Assembly (NCBI GenBank): GCA_965218095.1
Contig: OZ244587.1
Location: 3,424,001-3,488,000, forward strand
Reading direction: 5' to 3'
Length of the DNA: 64,000 nt
Source: Candidatus Poribacteria bacterium
Lineage (GTDB): Bacteria; Poribacteria; WGA-4E; PCPOR2b
Position numbers and translations under genes: made by a program. Of the stretch, positions 42,676 to 53,141 are shown piece by piece; within the stretch, counting starts at the first letter, position 1; each line of letters begins with the position of its first letter. The notes beneath the pieces are model-generated. The model was not told the DNA's origin. It was given only the letters and a program-made list of their open reading frames with translations, and ran no database searches.

Positions 42676-45600
42676 ATGCGTCGAAGCTTGATCTATTTTT
42701 GGAGAATTCATCTTGCGGTGTTGCTTGGTGCCGCCGTAGCGACAGCGGTCCTCACCGGTGCACTTCTGGTCGGTGATTCCGTTCGAGGCAGTCTACGAAA
42801 TTTGACTCTAGATCGACTCGGTAAAATCGATCATGCGATGATATCAGTGCGTTTCTTTCGAGAAATGCTGACAACAGATTTGTCAACCTCCGCGGCGTTC
42901 AAAACACAACTCGACCACGTCGTGCCTGCGATTCTCTTAAGCGGAGCCGCGGTGAACGCCAACACCCAAGCCCGAGCATCTCGTATCCAGATCCAGGGAA
43001 TCGACGAACGATTTTTGGACTTATGGTCGAACTCTGAAACAGTCAATCTGGACGATTTTCTGACAAAACAGCCAGGGCAGGTTTTTCCATCGGTCATCAT
43101 CAATAGGGCCCTCCAAAAAGAATTAGACACCAAAGTTGGCGACCCCATCCTCATCTCTTTTGAAAGACAGGGTGAGGTTCACCGTGAATTTTTACTCGGT
43201 CGTCGAGATTCCTCCGATGTCGTGCAAACCCTCCGACTCGACGTCACAAAAATCATCCCCGATCGCGGCATAGGCAGGTTTGGTCTACGTCCGCATCAAA
43301 GCCTGCCGTTGAATGCCTACGTTTCCCTACCCGTTTTACAAAAAGCCCTCGGACAAGCGGAAAAGGTAAACGCAATCCTCGTCTCTTGGCCCTCCTATTC
43401 TTCTGATCTCACGGCTGGCGCCGTACAGCCCCTGCAAAACAGACTGCATCGGGTTTTGAAATTAGAAGATCTTGGCTTGAAGCTTCGCCAGAGCAACGAT
43501 TATTTCTCCCTCGAAAGCACACAATTCCTGCTCAAGCCGAATATCATTGAGGGCGCCAAAACGGCTCTAATTGAAAGGCGGGCGCTGTTTCTGCCGATCA
43601 TGACCTACGTAGCCAACGCCATCACTGCCGACGGGCGAACGATTCCGTACTCGACGATTACAGGATTAGATACGCAGCGTGCCCCGTCCCTTAAATTGAC
43701 CGACGGGTCACCGGCACCTGCGCTTGCTGAGGATGAGATCCTCCTCAACGAATGGGCAGTCGAAGATTTAAGCGCGAAGGTTGGGGATAAGATTGACGTG
43801 AGTTATTTTGTGGTTGGTTCCAGAGAAGAATTGTTGACGCGACACGCCCAATTTCGCTTGAAAGGCATCCTGGCATTAGAAGGTTTAGCCGCCGATTCGG
43901 TACTGACACCGGAATTTCCGGGAGTTTCTGATGCGGATGACATGTCCGAATGGGATGCGCCATTTCCGATTCATCTGAGTCAGATTCGCCCCAAAGATGA
44001 AGCATATTGGGATCTATTCGGCGCCGCTCCCAAGGCTTTCGTGTCAGAAAAAACGGGCCAGCAGTTGTGGCGCAGCAGATTTGGCGATTTGACCGCTATT
44101 CAGGTTAGGACAAATTTTGGCGCTGATGTTCAGAAAACTCATGCAAATTTTCAAAGGCGGTTGCTGGAAAAAATTCGCCCTGAACAGGTTGGTTTTGCCT
44201 TTCAGCCGGTCAAAGCCCAGGGCTTAGAAGCCGCTTCAGGGGCAACAGATTTTAGCATGCTTTTTATTGGATTCAGTCTGTTTCTCATTGTATCCGCCGC
44301 CCTTTTGGTGGGACTGCTTTTCAGGCTTGGTGTTGAACAGCGGGCCGGCGAGATGGGTGTTTTGCTGGCTGCGGGTTATCCTATTTCCGCTGTCCGCTGG
44401 CGTTTTGTGAAAGAAGGTGGGCTGCTCGCTGGGATTGGCGGCGTGATTGGCTTAGGCGGGGCTGTCATTTATGCCTGGCTCCTGATGGTAGGACTGCGCA
44501 CCTGGTGGTTGGCGGCGGTGGGGACGCCTTTCCTGTCCCTGCATATCAACCCATTGAGTTTGCTCCTTGGATATTTGATCGCCGTCGTCGTCGTCTTATT
44601 TTCAATCGGGTGGACGGTTCGGCAATTCGGCAAAATGCCTGTTTGGGCGCTGATGGCTGGTATGTCGAGCGCTGGAGCACTCTTCTCCAGAAGTTCGGGA
44701 GGACTCGCTCGCAGGCGGATCATCGCTTTTGCCAGCTTGGGGCTCACCGTCGCTTTGACGATATTCGCCATCCTTTCTGGCGCGACATCTTCAGCCGGAC
44801 TATTTTTCGGAAGTGGGGTGCTCTTGTTGACTGCGGGGCTGGTTTTCTTTTCCCTGTGGCTGCGGGCGGCTACCCCCTCTAACGCCGCCTTTGTAAGAGG
44901 GAGAACCGTCAAGATGGGCGTCAGAAATAGCGCGCGCCATCCGGGGCGCAGCATACTCTGCACGGCGCTGGTCGGCTGTGCCTGTTTTGTCATCGTTTCG
45001 GTAGGCGCCAACCGTCACACGGAGACACAGCACGACACATCTCTGAGAAAAGCGTCTGGCGCGGGGGGATTTGCTTTGGCGGCGGAATCAGACATCCCGC
45101 TGCATCACGACTTGAATTCTGAGGATGGGCGGTTCGAGTTGGGGTTTTCCAAATCGGATTCGGCAATCACGGCTGGCACCCACATTGTTCCATTCCGCGT
45201 CCTGCCGGGGGAGGACGCCAGTTGTCTCAACCTTTACCAACCGCAAAAACCTCGAATCTTGGGCGTTCCCAACGATCTAATCAAACAGGGTGGATTTCAA
45301 TTTCAGCAAACGACCACAACACAAGAGAATCCATGGCGTTTGCTCAAAGGTGAGATCGAACCCGGCGTGATTCCGGCGATTGGGGATTACAACTCAGTCC
45401 TTTGGATCTTGCATCTTGGACTTGGTAAAGATTTAATCATACAAGATGAATTGGGGCAGGAGTTAAAACTCCGTTTAGTAGGACTTTTACAGGAAAGTAT
45501 TTTTCAAAGCGAACTACTGATTTCAGAAGCTAATTTCACCAAACACTTTCCGAGCCAGAGTGGGTATTCCTATTTCTTGATTCAAACGCCTGTAAGTGCA

Positions 45601-46101
45601 AATTCCAAACCTGCGCCTACGGAAAAGATGGCGCAAACTTTGGAGAAGGCTCTGAGTAATTACGGCTTTGATGTTACCTCAACAGCCGAAAAGTTAGCCA
45701 ATTATCAAGCCGTTGAAAATACGTACCTTTCTACGTTTCAAACGCTCGGTGGACTCGGGCTGCTCCTTGGAACGCTGGGTTTAGGGATTGTTTTGTTGAG
45801 GAACGTCATTGAACGAAGCAGAGAGCTGGCAACCCTGCGCGCCTTCGGTTTTCGCCGATCGACTTTATCGATGATGCTTTGGGTGGAAAATGGAGTTCTC
45901 CTTGTGATAGGGATACTGATCGGCAGTTTTTCGGCGCTCATCGCGGTGGCGCCGCAATTGATTGCCCCAGGCAAACAAGCTCCCTGGCTCTCGCTATCGA
46001 TTACCTTGATTGTTGTGTTTTTCGTAGGCATGATTGCCAGCGCGATAGCTGTCTTTTTTGCCATGCGGTGGCCCCTGCTTCCTGCGCTGAAAACAGAGTA
46101 A
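42676..46101 (+). CDS. ABC transporter permease (FtsX/MacB-like, duplicated)
   Basis: EQRAGEMGVLLAAG and ERSRELATLRAFG repeats; many TM helices. Confidence 0.92.
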   Translation: MRRSLIYFWRIHLAVLLGAAVATAVLTGALLVGDSVRGSLRNLTLDRLGKIDHAMISVRFFREMLTTDLSTSAAFKTQLDHVVPAILLSGAAVNANTQARASRIQIQGIDERFLDLWSNSETVNLDDFLTKQPGQVFPSVIINRALQKELDTKVGDPILISFERQGEVHREFLLGRRDSSDVVQTLRLDVTKIIPDRGIGRFGLRPHQSLPLNAYVSLPVLQKALGQAEKVNAILVSWPSYSSDLTAGAVQPLQNRLHRVLKLEDLGLKLRQSNDYFSLESTQFLLKPNIIEGAKTALIERRALFLPIMTYVANAITADGRTIPYSTITGLDTQRAPSLKLTDGSPAPALAEDEILLNEWAVEDLSAKVGDKIDVSYFVVGSREELLTRHAQFRLKGILALEGLAADSVLTPEFPGVSDADDMSEWDAPFPIHLSQIRPKDEAYWDLFGAAPKAFVSEKTGQQLWRSRFGDLTAIQVRTNFGADVQKTHANFQRRLLEKIRPEQVGFAFQPVKAQGLEAASGATDFSMLFIGFSLFLIVSAALLVGLLFRLGVEQRAGEMGVLLAAGYPISAVRWRFVKEGGLLAGIGGVIGLGGAVIYAWLLMVGLRTWWLAAVGTPFLSLHINPLSLLLGYLIAVVVVLFSIGWTVRQFGKMPVWALMAGMSSAGALFSRSSGGLARRRIIAFASLGLTVALTIFAILSGATSSAGLFFGSGVLLLTAGLVFFSLWLRAATPSNAAFVRGRTVKMGVRNSARHPGRSILCTALVGCACFVIVSVGANRHTETQHDTSLRKASGAGGFALAAESDIPLHHDLNSEDGRFELGFSKSDSAITAGTHIVPFRVLPGEDASCLNLYQPQKPRILGVPNDLIKQGGFQFQQTTTTQENPWRLLKGEIEPGVIPAIGDYNSVLWILHLGLGKDLIIQDELGQELKLRLVGLLQESIFQSELLISEANFTKHFPSQSGYSYFLIQTPVSANSKPAPTEKMAQTLEKALSNYGFDVTSTAEKLANYQAVENTYLSTFQTLGGLGLLLGTLGLGIVLLRNVIERSRELATLRAFGFRRSTLSMMLWVENGVLLVIGILIGSFSALIAVAPQLIAPGKQAPWLSLSITLIVVFFVGMIASAIAVFFAMRWPLLPALKTE

Positions 46102-46308
46102 GGGAAGTTGAAGGTAAATGTGTGCTATCATTAAATGCGTGAGAAAACCTGTTCCAGTTAGCGTATCAAGAACACGATAGGGGATTTGAGTTCAAGAATT
46201 GAAGGGTTCAAAAGTTCAATGAACCCCTGAACTGTTGCGAGTTTAATTTCCAGTTCCGATGCGGTTTCTCAAAGATTTAGTGATAGTACAGAAAATGACC
46301 AGCCCCCG

Positions 46309-46911
46309 TCAACCTTTCACATATTCCCACCCATCGACCAGAACAGGGATGCCGCGAACCACGCACATCGCAACAGCAATAGTTGCGATGACGACGCCCG
46401 CCGCCTCGAATCCCGCGATGACTTCTACAGATAGCGATACACCCTTGAGCGCAATAACGCCCCCCAGATAGAGAAACGTGATCGTTTTGAAAGTGCCGTA
46501 GATGCTGCGACTCGCCCGTGAACTAGTGAGCATACGCGTCCATCCGGATCGCATCATCGTTTTCTCACCAAATGCGCTCTTTCCCTGCGCAAATGCCGCG
46601 CTCCGCAAACCGTCCGTCACAAACCCTCGTGTGAGAACGATCATCGGGATCCAGAAGGGAATCAAGCCAACAATGGCAAAATAGATCCAGTAGACATTTT
46701 CGACAACCCGATCGCCGATGATGTCAAACAACCCGCCGAAATCTGAAGTCTGCCTCAGCTTGCGGGCAACATAGCCGTCAACCGCATCGAGTGCGAGGAT
46801 TAGGGCTGTCATTATAATCATTAGGAGATCGAGATAGACATGCTGACCGAAAAGCGCAACAACGACAAAAACGAGAATTAATCGAATGAGGGTAATAAAG
46901 TTCGCAACCAT
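46309..46911 (-). CDS. CDP-alcohol phosphatidyltransferase (PgsA-like)
   Basis: DAVDGYVAR....SDFGGLFD..GD. Confidence 0.92.
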   Translation of the reverse strand: MVANFITLIRLILVFVVVALFGQHVYLDLLMIIMTALILALDAVDGYVARKLRQTSDFGGLFDIIGDRVVENVYWIYFAIVGLIPFWIPMIVLTRGFVTDGLRSAAFAQGKSAFGEKTMMRSGWTRMLTSSRASRSIYGTFKTITFLYLGGVIALKGVSLSVEVIAGFEAAGVVIATIAVAMCVVRGIPVLVDGWEYVKG

Positions 46912-47077
46912 TTTTTGCCTCCGAAAGTGTATGTTATACCGTTTACAGTTCATAATGACACTTTTCAGATAGACTAACGCCGAAATCTGCCCGTATATCT
47001 TGCATAATGAGGATTTTGGAAAGCTGTCATTTTAAAGTGCATTTGGTATTATGCCTTTTTGAGCAAGCCTCATGCCA

Positions 47078-47121
47078 AAAAAAGCCCGCGGGAACACAAC
47101 GTGCGGTGTTCCGACGGGCTG
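47078..47121 (-). terminator. Intrinsic terminator
   Basis: AGCCCG...GGAACAC..GTGTTCC..CGGGCT followed by a T run on minus strand. Confidence 0.6.
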
Positions 47122-47291
47122 ATGCGTTTCATCCCTGGAAATGAGACGGAATGTTACTCCTCATGAATACACCGAATTTCATGAATTCTGTACGTCAGGC
47201 TGTGTTTTTGGGGCTCTCGTTTGGGTGGGAACGCCGAAAATTTTGCGTCTGTCTGCATAAATTGCGCAATGGTTGGAAAACCATCCCCTAT

Positions 47292-48134
47292 TCAACTTAA
47301 ATTAACTTCAAGAGCCGATACACACCGAAAAAGGTCTGCATAGGTACAGGGCGTCAACCCAAGTTCGCGGACGAAAGCAAACGTCAGTTCAAGCATTTTC
47401 ATTTCGGGGTCAAACGCATTGAGCGACCACGGATGCCAGATGAGAGAGACAAAGATAAGGCCTGTCTCCGCGGCTCGCTCCAGGAAAACTCGGTTGATAG
47501 CAAATTCCTCCGCCGGGGTGGAAATGAATGAAGAGGGAATTGATTCGGGCATCTCTGGCGGCCAAAGCGTCACCCGCCGCGCTCCCCAACGGTTGTGGTC
47601 TTTCAACAGGTTTTCGTGCCAACCGTGTCCCGGGAGTTCCCACAAATTGGGGAAGCCATCCGAGGTATAGGAAAACGGCTGAATCAGTAGGGCGGGCAAT
47701 GAATAGTCTGGGCCCCAGGTCATACTGCTCATGTAATGAAACCTCGCTTCGGTGATGAAGCGGAGGACATCCGGTGCGCCTTTCAACCCATCATCAAAGC
47801 CGCACCCGGGGCGGATGCCAAGACACGGACGCTCGAAGACGCTTTCAATCGCGGCTTTTCCCTGAAAAATCTCTTCACGCTTCTGTTCTTCCGGTGCGGC
47901 TGGTCCACAGAAGGGATGGTCCCGCAGCATCTTGTGGGAATAGGTATGAGACGCAACCTCGAAAAGCGGATCGTCCAACAGCGCCCGGTATTCCACTGGA
48001 TTTGCTGCAAGTGTTTTGCCGGTGATGAAGAATGTGGCGGGCATTTCATATCGGTGATGGACCTGGACAATCTTACGGCAAGCTGCGAGGCAAGCAGGGG
48101 ATTCTGTGTCGTAAGCGGCGATGTAATGAGTCAT
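47292..48134 (-). CDS. Polysaccharide deacetylase family protein
   Basis: YDTE, ATFFITG, ASHTYSH, WHPW. Confidence 0.85.
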   Translation of the reverse strand: MTHYIAAYDTESPACLAACRKIVQVHHRYEMPATFFITGKTLAANPVEYRALLDDPLFEVASHTYSHKMLRDHPFCGPAAPEEQKREEIFQGKAAIESVFERPCLGIRPGCGFDDGLKGAPDVLRFITEARFHYMSSMTWGPDYSLPALLIQPFSYTSDGFPNLWELPGHGWHENLLKDHNRWGARRVTLWPPEMPESIPSSFISTPAEEFAINRVFLERAAETGLIFVSLIWHPWSLNAFDPEMKMLELTFAFVRELGLTPCTYADLFRCVSALEVNLS

Positions 48135-48326
48135 GGTCTCTCCAATAGAATGTGATGGAAGACTGCTGTCGGTTCAATTGGGCCGGTCTGAACCTCACTT
48201 CGAGCCGATTTTGCAAACGGCGTGGCAAAGTAGCAGTTCATATCGCTTTGCGCTTTGACGGACAGGTAACGCAAGTTGATGTCATAACCTTTCCCCTTCT
48301 AATAGCTTTGATTCTCTGTTAACCTT

Positions 48327-48439
48327 TGGTGCTAGTTGGTGAGGATGTAGTCTCCACAAGGGTTGTAGAATTTACATATTCGACCTCGCAAAGAATGGAT
48401 CGTTGCTATGACTGGATCTTTGGTTTCAAACTAGCACCA
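48327..48439. mobile_element. Small MITE-like element; its right ~60 bp recur at 30575-30635
   Basis: 11-bp TIR TGGTGCTAGTT/AACTAGCACCA. Confidence 0.5.
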
Positions 48440-48538
48440 TTAGTTTATTATACGCATTCGGAGGGCAAAGTCAACGAGAAAATGGCAAGGTCATCTGTGA
48501 TCACACACCAAATACGCAGATTTCGCGAAAGGGTATAA

Positions 48539-48774
48539 CTTGACTTTGTTACATTCGCCCCCCGGCCCCCAATTCTGGGGGAGTTTTTGCGATTCTCCCA
48601 TTCGTATCAACTTTAGCCCGGTACGGGCGATATGTTTATAGAAATCGCGCACCACCAGAACCCTAGCTCCAGAGGAGCTCTCCCCAAAGTTGGGGGGATT
48701 GAGGGGGGCGAGGTCCGGGGGGGTGAGCCAGCAGTGGATCTGCCGATGAGCCCTTTTAATCTAACAAAGTCAAG
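48539..48774. mobile_element. MITE (236 bp) with internal REP-like palindromes
   Basis: 13-bp perfect TIR CTTGACTTTGTTA; ATAA on both flanks. Confidence 0.75.
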
Positions 48775-48822
48775 ATAATTGGATTCAGTTTTTTTGAAGG
48801 TGTGCAGCGTAAACGTACTGTT

Positions 48823-49893
48823 TTACGCCTCGAAAAGTGACGCATCATAATCAGCTAGCGGAAACCTGGGGACGACATCTGGATTAACAATATGATTAGG
48901 GTGGGGCCAGTGACCGCTCAAGATTGCCACGGCGTTCTGGATTCCGCCGGTGGCAACGTCCTGTCCGGCTTGCACGGAAAAGGAGGCAACGTGGGGGGTG
49001 AGAATCACATTGTCAAGCATCAACAAGGGGTGGTCTGGCGGGGTCTCAACTTCAGTGAATGGGTCAATCCTCTCGAATGTATCGAGCCCCGCCCCGGCCA
49101 ACCTGTCCTCTCTAAGCGCATCCACCAACGCCATCTCATCCACAAGTGCCCCGCGCGATGTGTTTATTAAATACGCGCCCGGTTTCATTTTGCGCAGCGC
49201 AACTTCATCGAGGAAATGATAGGTCTCAGCAGTCAGGGGCAGGTGCAAGGAAACATAATCGGATTCTGCAAGCAGTGTATCGAGCTCTACCATTGTGACG
49301 CCAAGTTCATCAGCTTCATGGCGCGGGGCATTCATATTCCGCCGCGTGGCAATCACCTGCAAGCCAAACCCTCTTGCCTGCCTGGCAACTGCGCGTGCGG
49401 AGTTGCCAAAACCAACTAACCCCAGAACACACTCCGAAAGACGCTGGTTCGTCCGCGCGTGACGTTTTGCCCTGCTCCATGCTCCGTCAGCTATGGCTTG
49501 CGACATCTGAGGCAGTTTACGCGCCAGACCCAGCAATAACGCCATCGTGTGGTCTGCCTGTTCCTCGACGCAGAAGTTGGGCACGTTGGTGACCATAATC
49601 CCTTTACGGGTCGTCGCCGCAACATCGATCTTGTCTGTGCCAGTCCCGAGTCTTGAGATGACCCGGCAGTGGGACAGGCTTTCAATCACCACTTCCGGCA
49701 GAGCCACCGAAACAGCAAAAATCGCGGCAGAATCGACAACATGGGGAATGATCTCCTCCGGCGTGTAGGCTTCCACCTGAACGGGGTTGAGATTGTATTT
49801 CCGGTAAAGCTCGGCTTCAAACGCATTCACCGGGAATAGGGTCGTGTTTAAGCGCACAACTGAGAAATTTCTGAGATGATTCCAGGTAGACAT
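48823..49893 (-). CDS. D-2-hydroxyacid dehydrogenase (PGDH/CtBP-like)
   Basis: GLVGFG, INTSRG, AGLD, LTPHVA. Confidence 0.92.
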   Translation of the reverse strand: MSTWNHLRNFSVVRLNTTLFPVNAFEAELYRKYNLNPVQVEAYTPEEIIPHVVDSAAIFAVSVALPEVVIESLSHCRVISRLGTGTDKIDVAATTRKGIMVTNVPNFCVEEQADHTMALLLGLARKLPQMSQAIADGAWSRAKRHARTNQRLSECVLGLVGFGNSARAVARQARGFGLQVIATRRNMNAPRHEADELGVTMVELDTLLAESDYVSLHLPLTAETYHFLDEVALRKMKPGAYLINTSRGALVDEMALVDALREDRLAGAGLDTFERIDPFTEVETPPDHPLLMLDNVILTPHVASFSVQAGQDVATGGIQNAVAILSGHWPHPNHIVNPDVVPRFPLADYDASLFEA

Positions 49894-50143
49894 GTGGTGC
49901 CTCCGTCATATCATTCGATCCGTTGAAATTTTGGCTCTGTGAAAATGGATGTCGTTCCCGTTATCTTCGCAAAAATCCGCGTCGGCGTCAAGTAGAAAAT
50001 TCCTTGTCCTATCACTATTGTTAAGTAATTTCAAAAAGAAAGTAATGGTTTGTAGTGAGGTCTCTAGCGTAGCGAGATCCCGTGTAACAGGGCGATTTAT
50101 TTACCTGTGACGAAGGCAGACAGGTCGCCGTTCCAGACGCGCA

Positions 50144-50710
50144 ATGTTTATTTTTCATTTTGAACCGTTTGCATTACATGAAATTTCACTCATTGAATTG
50201 GCAATGGGCGATATCACCCAGGCCCTTGAAACCGTATCCCAAGGGTTGCGCCTTTCATATCAGATCCGGGATTTATCCGATTTACGTACTGAGTTTGCTT
50301 TCAAAGCCTATTGTGAATTCCCGCTGGGCAATATGCCCCGGGCGTATCAGGACTTTGAAATCGCCTTCTGCTATGCGCAAAGGCGCCAAGCCAATCAACA
50401 ATTCTTATACTCGGGATCGGGAATTTATCAAGCTGAATTCTTCATCCGTCTTGGGGCGTGGAAGTGGTTTGAGGCGGTGAATGCCTGGAATATGGAGATT
50501 TGCGAAGAAGAACATTGGAACCAGCATTTGGCTCTTTGCCATCTTCTTCAGAGCTGGTATGAGATATGCCGGAAAAGGTTTCCCCAGGCAAAAGCAGCGT
50601 TGACTCAAGCCGAGCGCATCCTGCGTTCATCCGGTTTGGTGGAGTATGCCTGCCGCTTGGACTGGGCATAGGCGCTGCTGGCGGAAGTTCGGGGGGATTA
50701 TGCAGCGTTT
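50144..50710 (+). pseudogene. TPR-like helical-repeat gene fragment
   Basis: Helical repeat pattern, no RBS, surrounded by degraded sequence. Confidence 0.4.
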
Positions 50711-51342
50711 TGGGTGGGGAAACGAGTCAGGAGGGCTAGCTTCCAGTTGGGTGCGATGAAAACGGAAAGCCATGTAGAATCGGGCTGTGTCAAATCTGCC
50801 AGCACACCAAAGTGATCCAAAACCCCAACCATAGTCGTTTCTATCTGTGCCTCCTCTCAAAATCCAGTTCCGACTTTGAGAAGTACCCACGTCTCCCTGT
50901 ACTGACCTGCCACGGCTATCACCTCTAGAAGCAGTACGCTTCAGGAGCAGACAGGTAGTCCGAAAGAACGTGCATCTAGATAAACCCCAGATCTCATGGA
51001 AAGGCGCAATTTAACTTGCCTGAGTGGGCCGTTGGCGACTAACCAATCGAGTCACTTCGTCTTCTCGAAGGCCACCTGATGCGGCCCCTTGCCATTCCTC
51101 GAAGATCACGCCTGCACCCCACTTCCTGTTGGCTTCTACTTCGCAAAAATCCGTCATGGTGTCAAGGAGAGAATTCTGGTATAAACGAGTGTGGACGGAA
51201 AAACTGGAAACGATAAACTCGAAATTCTTGCATTCTCGATAACTTTGATGTTGAATATCAGTCATGCTTCCCTTATAATATTTGACATTGGATTAGTCTG
51301 ACATATCAACTCACCAAACTTGTACTTCCATAGGAGGTTCTC

Positions 51343-51756
51343 ATGTTCAAACACACTGTTTCACTTCTGGCAGTATTGGTCCTATTTGTTGCCGCTTGCG
51401 CCAAAATTGACTATATTGGACAAGCCTATCCGCCTACCACTCATGTTGACCTTTACTTTTCAGAGGACGACGTAAGGGAAGATTATCAGGTGATGGGACA
51501 TGCTGTTGCACAAGCGGGCGAATTCCTCAGTACAGAGAACTTGCAGAAACAATTAGAAGCGAAGGCACGCGAGAGGGGTGCTGATGGAATGATTATTCAC
51601 GGATTCGATCGGATACAGACTGGAGAGACAACCACATATAGTGAGGAAACAAAGCGGAGAGGGAAGAAACACAGTACAACCGCTGTCACGACTACGAATA
51701 CCGAAGAGGAAAGACAGATTAAAGCGATTTTTATCAAGTATAAGAAGAAGATGTAA
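51343..51756 (+). CDS. Lipoprotein (YbjQ/heavy-metal-binding-like fold)
   Basis: VAAC lipobox, KARERGADG; RBS AGGAGG. Confidence 0.75.
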   Translation: MFKHTVSLLAVLVLFVAACAKIDYIGQAYPPTTHVDLYFSEDDVREDYQVMGHAVAQAGEFLSTENLQKQLEAKARERGADGMIIHGFDRIQTGETTTYSEETKRRGKKHSTTAVTTTNTEEERQIKAIFIKYKKKM

Positions 51757-51837
51757 GGCTTGGTGGATATGCGCTGTATAGTTGGGTCTTTTATTTCACC
51801 GACTGCCGCGAGGCAGTCAAAGGAGGATACACGTAGA

Positions 51838-53028
51838 ATGAACACCGCCGAAATTAAATCAATGGCGACAGAGTACATTATGAACACCTACGGCGACCGC
51901 TCGCTGGCGTTCGTCCGTGGGGAAGGGGCTTACCTCTGGGATGCGGATGGGAAAAAATACCTCGATTTTCTGGGCGGTTTAGCCGTCAACGGTTTGGGGC
52001 ATTGCCATCCGAACGTGGTCTCAGCCATCTGTGAGCAAGCGGGAAAACTCCTGCATGTCTCCAATCTTTACTACATCGAACCACAAGCACAGTTAGCGAA
52101 ACTGCTGATCAACAACTGCGATCTGGATCAGTGCTTTTTCTGCAACAGTGGTGCGGAAGCGAATGAGGCGGGGATTAAGTTAGCGCGGAAGTTCACTAAG
52201 GATCAAGGCAACATTGACGCCTACGAGATCATCACGATGGAGAACTCTTTCCATGGGCGGACGATGGCGACAATTACGGCGACAGCCCAAACCAAATATC
52301 ACGAAGGGTTTGAGCCGATGGTCCCCGGATTCACGTATGTTCCGTATGATGATCTCCCCGCAGTCGAAGCTGCAATCAGCGAAAAGACGTGTGCGATTCT
52401 TGTGGAACCGATTCAGTCTGAAGGGGGTGTCAACACACCGAGCAGTGACTATCTCCAGGGATTGCGCGAGCTTTGTGACAGACATAATTTCGTGCTGATT
52501 TTTGATGAAGTACAAACAGCAATGGGGCGTCTGGGACCATTTTTCGGGTATCAAAGCTATGGTGTGGTTCCCGACGTTATCACGATGGCAAAGTCGCTTG
52601 GTGGGAGCGTGCCAATCGGTGCGATGCTTGCGAAGAAGCATATTGCTGATAGTTTCGTTCCCGGCACCCACGCCGCAACGTTTGGGGGAAATCCGTTGGT
52701 GACTGCCGCAGCGTGCGCAACCGTGAAAACAATCCTTGATGAAAATCTCGGCGAAAATGCGCTTAAAATGGGCGAACGTTTGGCGGACAAATTGATGCAA
52801 CTCAAAGATCAGTACCCAATTAAAGAGGTCCGGGGTAAAGGCTTGTTGCTTGGATTGGTTTTGTCTGTCGATGCCAATGCGCTCGCCGGCAAATGTATCG
52901 AAAATGGCTTAATCACGATCTGCACGAACAACTACGTCCTCCGTTTCTTACCGCCGCTCAACATTACCGCGGCACACGTTGACGAAGCAGTTTCAATTGT
53001 TGAAAAGTCACTGGCTGAGACAATCTAG
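51838..53028 (+). CDS. argD: Acetylornithine aminotransferase
   Basis: NSGAEANE, SFHGRT, FDEVQT, AKSLG, TFGGNP. Confidence 0.93.
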   Translation: MNTAEIKSMATEYIMNTYGDRSLAFVRGEGAYLWDADGKKYLDFLGGLAVNGLGHCHPNVVSAICEQAGKLLHVSNLYYIEPQAQLAKLLINNCDLDQCFFCNSGAEANEAGIKLARKFTKDQGNIDAYEIITMENSFHGRTMATITATAQTKYHEGFEPMVPGFTYVPYDDLPAVEAAISEKTCAILVEPIQSEGGVNTPSSDYLQGLRELCDRHNFVLIFDEVQTAMGRLGPFFGYQSYGVVPDVITMAKSLGGSVPIGAMLAKKHIADSFVPGTHAATFGGNPLVTAAACATVKTILDENLGENALKMGERLADKLMQLKDQYPIKEVRGKGLLLGLVLSVDANALAGKCIENGLITICTNNYVLRFLPPLNITAAHVDEAVSIVEKSLAETI

Positions 53029-53141
53029 GTTTCACCTGTGATGCTTTGCTGACTGTTGGCAACTCAATCCGTTGGTGGCTTCAATCACCACCGGATTGTT
53101 TCGTCGAGGAAAGAACTATCATTCACGAGGAGGCAGCACCT

